Made by a program: the position numbers and the translations under genes. From Dimargaris cristalligena (taxonomy: Eukaryota), in contig ML002246.1 in NCBI GenBank assembly GCA_003614675.1, positions 1 to 59,835 on the forward strand: a stretch of DNA of 59,835 nucleotides. Direction: 5' to 3'. Below, piece by piece: positions 24,578 to 35,888 of this stretch (positions are counted from its first letter, which is position 1; every line of letters starts with the position of its first letter). A model generated the notes under the pieces. That model was not told the DNA's origin and did not search any database. It was given only the letters and a program-made list of their open reading frames with translations.

Positions 24578-26913
24578 ATGTCTCCTCCTCAACAAGAATC
24601 TTCCGCGGCTCCCCATTCGAAACGCCGGCGCCTAGGCTCCGCCTCGGCCGAGGACCCCTCCTCGGTGGCCTGCTTTCCCCGGAACGAAGATTGTTCCATG
24701 ACCATCGCCTTTGCCCCCCCTTCCGCCGGCCCGGCCCGAGCCGAATCGACCGTTTCCACGGCCATGCTCACAAGCCCTCCGACGCCGACCACGCCGGGGG
24801 CCCGACCCGATCAGCCCCGGCAGTCCGCCCCGGCCGTACCCGCTGCGGGCAACCCCAACCCTAATGCTACCGCCTCGGACCCACCCGCGGAGCCCAATGC
24901 CACGCAACTGCTTTTCACGGCCCTGGACGAGTCCCGACGGGAACTGGCCCTCGCCGACGAGGATTCTAAAATGCGGATAGTGCAACTGCTTGATATAGCC
25001 CGGGAGGCCCTGGAAAAGGAAATCGCGGCCTATGGCCGCCCGGCCACCGCGACGGGAACGGGAACGGGAAGCGACTTGCCTCTCCACCAGCTGCTCTTCA
25101 ATGAAGGTATCTGCCTCATGGAATTAGCCACCCGAGTGAATTACCTGCCCTATATCGAACAGGCCATCACTAACTTCAACACGGTCATAACCGGAACCGC
25201 TTCGGGGACTTCGCCCCCGGCCTCCGCCCAGTCTATCCCCATGACCGACCGTCCGGCAGCCCTCGTCATGGATACCTACCACGAATGCGGTAAAGCCCTT
25301 CTGTTTAAGGCTATTTTGCGCGATCTCGAAATCGACAAGTGGGTCCGGGAGCGGGCGGGATATAATTCGGACTCTAGCATCGCTAGCGACTATGAATCCG
25401 ACCAGGGATTTGGCCCCAAACTCGACGATTCGGACTCGAACTCGAACTCGGACCCTGGCTCGGATTCGGACCCTGATCCCTCCTCTAACTCGGACCTGCA
25501 ACACGCCAGGGCTCATCGTCGGTCCATCCCCGAGACGAACAGCAGTAGCAGCACTACCGGAGTAGGGATCTGGCCCCGGAAACCCTCCCTTTACGAGCAG
25601 ACTGATCAACAAATGGGTGGGACTTCGGTGCAAGAATTATTACATAATGCTTCCCGTCATTTGAATCAGGTAAGCCCGCTCTTTAGTTATTTTATTTTGT
25701 GGAATCACTAGAACGCCAACCGGATTTTTAGGGTCAATTTTTTTATTTTCTAAGAAATAACAACAACAAACCCAGCAAGAATATGGGGGAATTGGCAAGC
25801 TATTAACCCGATGGGGGTAGTGTTTATGAGGCCGGGTCACATCTAATCATATGTTTTTGCCCATCCACCTTATTAATGATGCTAATCATAATCTTACCAT
25901 CACTTAGGCCGTTGATTATTACTCCCGGACATGCTGCGATAACGTCACCTATATGCCACTTCTAATTGCCCATGGCCTAACCAACTACCTATCGGAGCAA
26001 ACTACCAAATGTTAGTATTTCTACCCCTCTTATATATATATATGGCTTCGGATGTTTATTGAAAACTGACGAACAGACCCCACTACATGAATTGGATTTA
26101 TAGACTATGGATCAGTACCAATCTCACTTTGTAATCTAATCCGCTTTTCCTGTGCTTACCGATTCGACTCAACTCGGCCCATTCTGCTATAACTGTATTT
26201 GACTACAGTGGTGGCCACTTATATTTACACAGAGACGATTCGCTTCTTGGAGAAAGCCACGACACTGGACCCCAAACTCCAAGTGGATACCCCCGGGGTG
26301 TTTCTGTACTGCCGAAGCCAGTTCTTTGTGGTACGCGAATACCTGGCCCCAACTAGCCCACGGCTGCTTGATCCCACGGATGCCAAGGTAAGTGCCGACG
26401 ACATTGACCTTTTTCCATTCCATTATAGAGTGTATCACTACGAGCGAAATTTCAGCGAGCTCTTACGCCTGTGCCAACCCGGTTATTCATATATATATAT
26501 ATAATGATTTGTGTGTGGGTATGCATGTATGTACGTATGGTGAAATATCATTCTCAACTCGACTCAACCCACGCTGGCTCCTCCGTCATCCTGTGAACTC
26601 TCCCTACCGACAGGCACAGTTGGATGACGTGATCAGCCGACTCATAGATCTCTCCGACCCCGCCAGCAACCGGGATGGCAAGGGCAAGCAGCCCGAAACC
26701 ACTGCCCATACCCAACTTAGCGCCAACATCCTTAAACTGTTGGGCCATGTTTATATATACACGAGTACACTGGAGGAGAATGAGGACTGTCTCATGGATC
26801 GCTACGAACGAGGAGTTGAGACCCTGAAGAAGGCCCTGGCCATTAACCCCCATGATGGCGAATTGCGGGCCCAACTAAGTGATTTGGCCGTATCTCTGGA
26901 CTCCGACGATTAG
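24578..26913 (+). CDS. Hypothetical alpha-helical/TPR-like repeat protein with S/D-rich insert (possibly Nro1/Ett1-like; not confirmed)
   Basis: Predicted exons 24578-25669, 25908-26010, 26209-26387, 26614-26913. N-terminal NLS-like KRRR. The C-terminal LKLLGHVY..YERGVETLKKALAINPHDGELRAQL is TPR-like. Confidence 0.65.
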
Positions 26914-27849
26914 TAGCACCTACTTATAACATGGCCTCTTATTTTGATACACCCTCAAACTTGATTATACCAATACCGACATTTATACCACTTGATTGAC
27001 ATACGCTCCATATAACTAGTATTTGAAAAAAGAACTCCCAATCTCATCGCATCCATCTACCCTGAAGTGACCAAAATTAAGCATTGGGGGGCTTTTCATC
27101 TGATCTTGATTTCCATGGGATAAACAGTTCTGGTCATCTTGGCAGCGAAGGAGACGCATTAATCGTTTTATAATATGAACGACTGACTATAAGTCCAATT
27201 ACCGGGCTGATTATCAACACACTTCAATAAATAGCTTCTTCGGGTTCTGGACTATACTAATCGCTGCCCAGTGTTCAGCACCCCGCTTGCCGATACAGAG
27301 AGAAAGCAGCGGCCTTCTGCTCATGGGCTGATTGGATACGCTATCCCCAACAGAGATATATATAAGACATTTAATAGGGCCGCGAATAGTGTCGACGGCT
27401 AGTATAGAGGAAACGGAGAAATAGGTCAAACAAAAGGCTTCATCGGACTGGTGTAATGGAGGTGGTGTTTAAGTGTCGACCATAAACGCATAAAATGGGG
27501 CATCCCTACGAATAAGATGCAAGAGAAGCTTCAAAGAGAGCCACCCAGGACCATACCCGAGAAAAGGGGCGAGCTAGAAATTGATGTAAAGGAAAGGGAG
27601 GGGGAGGTCACCAAGGAGTGATATCTTATTTTTTTTCCGAAAAATAGGAGGTCTTTTGAAAGACCGGTTAACGAAAGCAGACTACCGCGTTGGAATGGGT
27701 TGCATCAAATAGAAAGAGGGGGGGGTAGAATGATAGAAGTTTAGAGTATACGGCTGTTAACCAGGATAAAAGGAAACAAGACCAATAGTATAAAGCCATT
27801 GCCCAGTCAAGCAATCGATGGGTATATGATGTGGTGGCAGCCCGACTAA

Positions 27850-28847
27850 TTAATAGCCCATGTTAGCAAGGTTAGTGGCCACGGTGTTCAGATTAATATT
27901 GGCCTGGCCAGCGGTCAGCTTAGAGTCGTAGATGCCCACGACGATGGCTTGTTTCGACTTGATGCAGATGACACCGGTGTCGTTCTAATGGGGTTTTAGG
28001 GAGGGAAGGGGATCGATGGAAGTGGTATAGAACAAAGGTTAATAAGCATAAAGGTTTACGAAAATGGGCGAAACAGTGGGTAAAACAGTTGAGTCAGGTG
28101 AGCAATCATCTTCCCCTCCATCAAAAAAAAATGGGGGAATGGAGAAGGAAGGGCAAGTACCCCACCGATACAGCATCGGCTATTTGGTTGGGTCATTGGA
28201 AATAAGGAATATATATATGCCTACCTTTTTGCCCATCAGGGTTTTGTCGTCGCACTGTAGGGCGAAATATTTAATGCCATTGACTAATATACCGTTGCTA
28301 CGGAGGTTGGTAGGATCATTGAAACCGTCAGCAAGACTGCGGATTTCAGTTTCCTTGATCTATTGAAAGGAAAGGAATGTATAAGGGTAGCCCAAGGCAT
28401 GGAAGGGGGATAAGTGCCGGAGAAGCGATTAAATGGATATTGGGCGAAACCAGCTATAATACTCACGAAGGGGCTATGGACAGGAGAGGACCACGGCTCT
28501 CGGAAAAAATATTATAGGTGGCATCAGTAAAAACGATACTAAGGGGGGGGGTAAGCACTGGAATGCCGCAGACCAAATATCACCCATCCCACTTTGCCGG
28601 TCGGAGTTGGCCTCGGCTGAATGCGCGCATTGTGGACCTCACGCATATATATAAGCCTCCGGGACTAACTTCTCGACCAACAGGCCCCAACCTGGGAGGT
28701 GGGAGAATTAGAGGAAGTTGGACGGGGGGTTGTGGCACTTACCTCACAACCGGGGGTACTGGCCCATACGCCACCCTGCTGCCCGCAGATAGCACCGCTC
28801 TGGAATCCGGAGCGAACAATGTTATCGGCCCAAGGTTGCCACGACAT
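27850..28847 (-). CDS. PFY1: Profilin (124 aa)
   Basis: Exons 28847-28743, 28359-28225 and 27984-27850 give MSWQPWADNIV..GAICGQQGGVWAST..FNDPTNLRSNGILVNGIKYF..LMGKK..GVICIKSKQAIVVGIY..AGQA..VATNLANMGY*, which has typical profilin length and motifs. Confidence 0.93.
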
Positions 28848-30051
28848 GATGGAAAAGTAATAAAGATGGAGGGGATGAAAGGGCGGGGGGGAAGGAGTGA
28901 AACGTACCGGGAGTTGCGGAACGGAAAGGAAAGGAAAGGAAAGGGAAAGAGAGGAAGAGAGAGAGAGAAGGTTGAGGAAGGTTGAGGTGGCCTGAGATAT
29001 ACAGCTGGACGGTTAATGTGGCTATAAGTGTGCGGGTGGACTATGAACTGTGGGAGATGCCGTAGTATATATGCGCATATGTGAAAGGACTATATTATCT
29101 ACGCACATTCCTTTCGCCTACAAGTGACATATTCCCCGCCCTTGCTTCGCCGGCCAATCAACCCTGTCAGCAGGCAATCCAACTCAAAACTGAAGGAGGG
29201 AAGGAGTCTCCCTCCCCCACCGGCCCCCATCATCCCTATTGTCCCCGTGAATCACCACAACGCTAGTCTCTCCCCCCACACTCTTCCTGGCCCATCGTCA
29301 ATTCTTGCTCTCTCCTCCCTTCGCTATCTACCAGGCAGCCGCCGACCTCAGGCAAGTTCAGCACGGAGCTGCTCCCACATTAGGGGGAGAATGGGGATAC
29401 TTCCGACCCCGTATCATACCGGTCGGGCATATCGATTCTACTTAGCAAAGGCCGAGCGACATTGTCCACCAAGATACACAGCGCTGCATCTGATTAAAAT
29501 ATTGTGTACATAGACCCCCAACTTCGGCCAAATTCCCCACAACTCAACCGGCTCGACAAGTGACCGCCAATCACCAACCTCTCCATCCACGTAACGAGGT
29601 TTAGTGGCAACCTTGTAAAACATACATCATCGAACTAAACACCTCTATTGAATTTCAAGTATTTGGATGGAAATAGATTTTACTTAAGATGGTCCACAGA
29701 TAAAAATGCACTGGATAGCTAAGGACAACGGGTGCCAATAAAGTTAAAAAGGACCCTCCATTACAAACGAAAAGTCGGTCATGAAGGACTCTGAAACGGA
29801 AGTAGATGGTAATGATGATGATAGACCCGGAGGCATAAACAGAGAAGCCAGGCATCAAATCCTCAAGGACACCAAGTAACAAGGAGCGAAAAGAAACAAT
29901 GCAGATAACTGGGCAAGGATTACGTGAATTAAATGGAAGTGGAGGTAGGTCAAGGGAGCGGCATATATACATACATATATATATATATAACCCAATAATA
30001 ATGTGACCAGTGGGTTAAACCGGGTGAGGTGTGGCGGACTAAGCCCATTCT

Positions 30052-31182
30052 CTACACAATGGCGCTGACGGTGGTCTGCTTCTCGGGGCACCGGCCTCCC
30101 CTGCACTTGCACTTCTTGCCCTTGACGGTGGTCGAAACAGTCTCGGCGCTGTTCGAGCTGCCATTGTTGGCTCCCGGAGCGGAGGGGCTAGTAGTAGTTT
30201 CAGGGTTCGCGGGAATTTCATTGTTTCTAATATCTTCAGTATCGCTACCCCCGGTGGTGGTGGGAGCGGAAGAGGCGGAAGCCAAAACCGAGGCTGAGGT
30301 CGAGGTCGAGGCCGCGGCAATGTTCGACGAGGAGCTAGTGTTGCCCGTGCTGGGAGTGACGGCCCCGTTGGCCCAAGTAGGGCGGCCACGGCTGGGCTCA
30401 ACATTATGGAAGGCGGGGTCGAGGGTAGCCTTCGATTCATCGGGGTCATGGGCGTTAGCAGGGACCTGACCACCGTAGGTGCATAGCTGGGTACTGTCAC
30501 ACTTCCAGAAGCGGCAGGTATCGCTGTTGGGTTCCATGATATCGCCACCGGTGAAGGCCACGGCGGGCTTGGCAGTGGTCTGCGCCGCACCGCCCTGGAT
30601 GGAGAAATCGGAACACGAGTAAAACTCGCCGAAAGCGGTATCCTTTTCGCCAAACACGATACCGCCACCGTGCCAGAGCCACTGGATGGTGTACTTGCCG
30701 TCGGCCAAGTTCGAGGGCATCTTAATCTTGGTGTAGCACGTGTCGGAACCGGAGCCGGTCAGAGGACCCCAGAAGTTGAGGTTGCTCGGGTCGGTGGCCC
30801 CGCAGTGGGCTTCGTAACACGACCCGCCAACGATATTGGATTTAAAAGCATCCCAACTATCGGACTGGTCAAAGGGCACGATGGCGAGGCGCACGAAACC
30901 GCCGGGGTGGTTGAGCCGCTTCCAGCTCACGGTCACCTCGGAGTCGCGGGTATAGATGGGCTTGGGCATATTCCAGTTCACGGCCGACTTGACGTCGTCA
31001 CAGGGGCCCTTACAGCCCTGGCCCACACCGCAGGTGCCGTAGAACTCCAGGTTGCCACGGGACCCGGCGGTGCCGGGACTACCCGCCACTCCGTTGCCGG
31101 AAATTTGGTAGAGCATACCATGGCCTTCGGTGCCACTGAGGGCGAGGGCGGCCAGGCCGAAAAGCGTAAATAAATGATTCAT
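30052..31182 (-). CDS. Secreted His-brace copper protein, lytic polysaccharide monooxygenase-like (paralog A), with S/T-rich linker and basic Cys tail
   Basis: Signal peptide MNHLFTLFGLAALALSGTEG followed by His21. Second His in WKRLNHPGGFVRLAIVP. YTIQWLW...GEFYSCSDFSI resembles the terminal strands of LPMO folds (QWxW...FYxCxD). Single exon. Confidence 0.75.
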   Translation of the reverse strand: MNHLFTLFGLAALALSGTEGHGMLYQISGNGVAGSPGTAGSRGNLEFYGTCGVGQGCKGPCDDVKSAVNWNMPKPIYTRDSEVTVSWKRLNHPGGFVRLAIVPFDQSDSWDAFKSNIVGGSCYEAHCGATDPSNLNFWGPLTGSGSDTCYTKIKMPSNLADGKYTIQWLWHGGGIVFGEKDTAFGEFYSCSDFSIQGGAAQTTAKPAVAFTGGDIMEPNSDTCRFWKCDSTQLCTYGGQVPANAHDPDESKATLDPAFHNVEPSRGRPTWANGAVTPSTGNTSSSSNIAAASTSTSASVLASASSAPTTTGGSDTEDIRNNEIPANPETTTSPSAPGANNGSSNSAETVSTTVKGKKCKCRGGRCPEKQTTVSAIV

Positions 31183-34100
31183 CGTTGGATAATATTATAA
31201 GATTATAAGAGGATGGATTCAAGTAAAAGGATTAGTAGATAATACCCGTATTAAAGTTACTGATAATGTTGTGGCCGTGGGTCGTAGACAAGTGGCCCAA
31301 GCGAAATTAATAATTGCAAACACGCAGAGAAAGAGAGAAGCACAGGTACACGCAGTGTACAGTGAAAGGTAGTGGGCGGCAGGCTACAGAAGTAAGAAAT
31401 AGAGAATAGAAGGAGTGGCTAAGAACAAAAGCAGCTCTTATTATAACCAGTTGGGTTGAAACAAAAAGGTTCAATAATGGAACTAAATAAGATTGTAAAT
31501 AACGTAACAAGAAGATAATCGACTAGCGATAGGACTTCCGAGATGAGGAAAAGATAATAAAGAGGTCTTGGTGGGCAACACTAGAGTTGCTTAAAGTAAG
31601 TAATATAGTTTAATGACACGCGATAAAGGGAAAACACCAAGTAACTAATTGGGGGTGGGTGGGATGCGGGCTACTTATATACCCAAGCCACACGCCACTA
31701 ATGAGGGGCGGCGAATTCCAATGCTGCCCCTATTAAGGATTGCCCATGACCTATAGCCTCACCTCCAATTAAACATGGGAGCCGACAGCGGGCGGGAAGT
31801 GGTCAGTCCATAATTAGAAGCTAGCTCGACAAGGAAAGGGGAGATGGGAGGGGGATTGCCTCACCAGTAACCAGGCCGGATTTTCCCTTCAACCTTATGT
31901 TCCATCTACCTCGTCTCTTTCTCCTCTTTCCTCCATTCCCCCCTTTTCGACCCGTCCCCCTCACCTAGGAATTTGTATTATGTGTCTTTGGATTAGCCGG
32001 CCCCATAAAGTGAGGAGGGGTTACTAAAATGGCCGTTGTGAAGTAAAATATTGGGCAACACACCAAAGTGCAAAAAAAGGGGGGAGGAACAATAAGGGGA
32101 TTAGTAAAGGAGAAGCTATGTGAGTGAGTGAGTGAGAGTATACTATTGAATGAGGAAAGATGGCAATGAATGCCCATATTGGCCATAGCTGGGACCAGCC
32201 GGAGAAGGAGAGTCGGCGGGGGGCGACAATCCATGACGTGCCCTCTAGGTCGCTCATTTTCGGACCTCATTAGCCGGTTACATTCCTTTTGAGCAGAGGG
32301 GAGAACCTTGTGCTTGTGCTTTATGGTAATGCTGTTCTATTCTACTATGGCTTTGTTCGTTCTGTCGTATTGCCAATCACACCCACAAACACATATATAT
32401 ATATGAATGTATATATACACGTGCATACTGTCTCAATGGGTAATAATTGGTCCGGATTATTGGGTGGGCAGTCCCCCTCCCCCCAGCAGTAACAGCCAGT
32501 AATGCTAGCTAATGCAGGTCGCACCGATTGGTTTAGCCAACTGCAGCCACTCCCCGCCCAGCAAAAATCCCGGCATGGAATTTCCGCCATTTTGCCTTGT
32601 CCGCATTTCGGTGTAAGCGGCTATTGGTGAGTGTGCGCAGTCGACCGGTGAATTTCTCTCCCCCCCCTCCTACTGTAATATAGAGCAGGTGGTTTGTGTG
32701 TCATGGTTAAAAGAATTTAGGGGAGACTAGGAAAGGCATAGAAAACACTGGGGCACGGCGTTATAATATTGCGATTCAAGTGGGTGAGATTCCATCCAAC
32801 CCTTGTAAATGGCTCGCCTGTGGTCACACTCTGCCAATGGAGAGGGCGGAGTGAAATTCGAAGCGAAAGGTGAGTGTGAGGGCTATAGAGAGGAGGGCGA
32901 ATCATGATTTGCGCCCATCATGTCACTCCTTCTCTCGTTCGGCTGGTCTCGCGTTGTCGGTGACTCGGCCAGGTCATTTTTACTATTATTGCTCTAGCCC
33001 ACTTGTATGGGGGGTATGGCTCTTACCCGTGCCAATCACCACACTACTCTATGATTATTATGATTCCAGTTGGGCTGCTTCACTAGTTATTGTATTATTA
33101 TTATTATTATTATTATTTGGGGGAGGGGGCTAATCTGCCGCGAGGTACCAGAATGTACACCCCCCATTACTACTGACCAGTGTGAATTAGCGAGGCACTC
33201 TAATTGGTGTGGCCTTTATTACTATCGCTTTGTAATAAGTAAAATGAGAGAAGGGGGGGGAATAACCCTACTATATTATACACATCTGCCCCATCTATCC
33301 ATTGTGAGTTGGGCATTCACTGGCTATCCAATGGGGCGCCCCTTAGACATGCGACCTGGGCCAGCCAGAGAGGTACCTACCCGTGGCACTCTTCTTCTAA
33401 GTCGACTGAATTGTTCCGGCCCAATTAAAACACACCCGCTATCTCTATCTATAATCGGGGCCAATGGTGGTCCCCCGTCCGACCGTTAAGTCCATATATC
33501 TGCTTTCCAATAGCCCGATTCAAGTTGACGGGGGGCTATTAACCGCCAAGAGTATGATGGGTAGAGGGAGAGAATAGCTGTCGACGAGTCACCATCGTTT
33601 CTCAGTCCCAGGTGTGTACCACACCACACCGCCCTGTGCACCCTTGCTACCAGGCGAATCAGCCGAAAATTGCCACTATATGGCAGCCCGGCTCGAATTC
33701 AGTGCACTAGGGCCAGGGTTAAAAAAGGTGTACCACAATGTAAAACCACCTGATTATGGAGAGAAATAATGCCGCCCCTAGTATTATAGTCAAAATGTTA
33801 TCGACCCCTTCGTCTACTCAACGTGCCACACACACACACACACACCCCTTGATGACGATGGCCCGTATTACCGTCGTATCTCCCAATGGTACCACCAGTG
33901 CGGCCATTAATTATCCGTCGACCCTGCGGGATTGGTCATGATATCTACTAAGCACTAAATGACAACATTATTGTTGGAAATTCATTTCCCCCGTCTCACC
34001 AATTCCTTTACTATGATTGGCTCGTCCTATACTCGGGACTATATTCAAATATTTACTATATCATTCTATACCCGGGACTTCGTCCTAGTCATTATTACTA

Positions 34101-35044
34101 CTAATTCCAACTCAATAAAACCTACCGCGGGCATCTAGCCTTGCCCCTTGCGGTTCTTTCTCTCTTCTTTAAAACATTTTAGTTGTATTAGAAGGTACTT
34201 GCGTTTACTATCAAATCCATATTTCCAACAATTACCCCATCTATATTAGTTAACAATTGGTAAGTGAAACGAAATAGAAGCACAGCTCCAAAGGTGGCGA
34301 AGGGATTGTCGGGTGACGTATTGCTGGTTGGATACTAATCCCGCTTCTTGATTCTTCTTATACGGTTTCCACTATGACTGCATCATGGCAATCGTCTTTA
34401 TTGACGGGATGTTCATATTTCAAGTAGTGCGATATCAATCATTTTCCCGCTGCAAATCGAGTGTGATTATACCCTCCATCACCAGGGCGATGGGTGATGT
34501 CGCCTAAACACCCACTGCCTTCCCCCCATCAGTCGCACATATCACACCAATCGAACCGTTGCTGCGGGGTCGTCATCCCCGGTGGCAGGACTCGGGCTGT
34601 GGTAGCTAGTATCAACCGGCGCAAGTGGAATACCTAAAATGAAATGTTTATTGAGGTGATCGTATAAACCCGCGCCAATGTCACTGAATAAAATAGATCA
34701 CGGGTTAACTGATAAGTAGTTTAGATGGTGGACTAAAATAGTTGCCTATAAGCTGAGAGGCAGACGCTAGTGCCACTGAACGTGTGGCAGTATTTAGAAA
34801 ATAGATATCAAATTATTACTATTTTTTAAATAAGAATAATAAAAGAAAAAAGAACTAGAAAACAGCTACTAAAGGCTCGTTTACGCTCAGTCGCTGCATA
34901 AACGGCGGAATAAAGGTCGGGCTAGAAGGCCCAACGTCCCATAGAGATATGGAAAGCCGTCCTAAGCTAAACCCAAACAAAAAACAAACACACGAACGGT
35001 CCCAGTGAGCTGGATGCGATTGGGCCAATGCTCTGGGTAGATAG

Positions 35045-35067
35045 GTAGTAGTAGTAGTAGTAGTAGT
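35045..35067. repeat. (GTA)n microsatellite just downstream of LPMO-like paralog B
   Basis: Direct reading of the sequence. Confidence 0.85.
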
Positions 35068-35105
35068 CGCCGGTAGTCCGGGGGGATTTCTAGTATAGAC
35101 AGAGG

Positions 35106-35888
35106 CTAGAACCCAGCGGGTTTACCCGTCATGGATTTGCCACGCGCACAAGGTTCCAACGATTCGCTCAAGAGATCGCCGGACTTGGGGGAAGGCATAC
35201 GGCCAGCAAAACTACATACACCGACTTGGTTAGACGACCAGTATTTACACACGTTGCTGGTAGGGTTCGAGTAATCCTTACCCTCGAATACGGGTGCCAC
35301 TTTCCCAACGGCAGTCGGCGTCGTGCCACCCTTTACTACAATGTCGGCACAATTGTAGTACTCTCCGAACCCGGCCTCAGGCTGCGCGTAATACACCCCT
35401 CCACCGTACCATATCCACTGCAAGGTCACCACCGTTTCATCTTTATAAAACGCCGGCACTTCCACCTCGGTCCAGCAGTCTCCCCCTCCTACCCCATTAC
35501 CGTACCCGAATTCGTCCGGCTTACCCGGGTCGGGTCCGCAGTGCGACTCGTAGCACGAATGTTTGAGTACGTTGGTATTAAAATCGTCCCAACTGTCCGA
35601 TTTTTCAATGGGCACGAGGGCCAGGCGGACAAATCCGCCGGGATGGTTCGCGCGTTTCCACTGGACCTTCAGTTTCTGGCCGCGCGCCACGTACACTTTT
35701 TGGTAGCCCAGGTCGTTGATGCGGGTGGCGCTACGGAGGGATTCACACGGTCCCTTGCAGCCAAGTCCCGCACCGCAGGTAGCGGTTCTGGGCCCGTTGC
35801 TGCGAGGTATCGGATACCCGAGTTGGCTATGGGCGACCGTCAAAGTAAGACCCGCGAGAAGGGTTAAGAGGCGGGGAATGGTCCACAT
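35106..35888 (-). CDS. Secreted His-brace copper protein, LPMO-like (paralog B, no linker)
   Basis: ATG at 35888. Signal peptide MWTIPRLLTLLAGLTLTVA followed by HSQLGYPIPR (His1..PxPR, typical of LPMO N-termini). Also WKRANHPGGFVRLALVP and LQWIWYGGG..FGEYYNCADIVV. Clearly homologous to 30052-31182. Confidence 0.78.
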   Translation of the reverse strand: MWTIPRLLTLLAGLTLTVAHSQLGYPIPRSNGPRTATCGAGLGCKGPCESLRSATRINDLGYQKVYVARGQKLKVQWKRANHPGGFVRLALVPIEKSDSWDDFNTNVLKHSCYESHCGPDPGKPDEFGYGNGVGGGDCWTEVEVPAFYKDETVVTLQWIWYGGGVYYAQPEAGFGEYYNCADIVVKGGTTPTAVGKVAPVFEGKDYSNPTSNVCKYWSSNQVGVCSFAGRMPSPKSGDLLSESLEPCARGKSMTGKPAGF

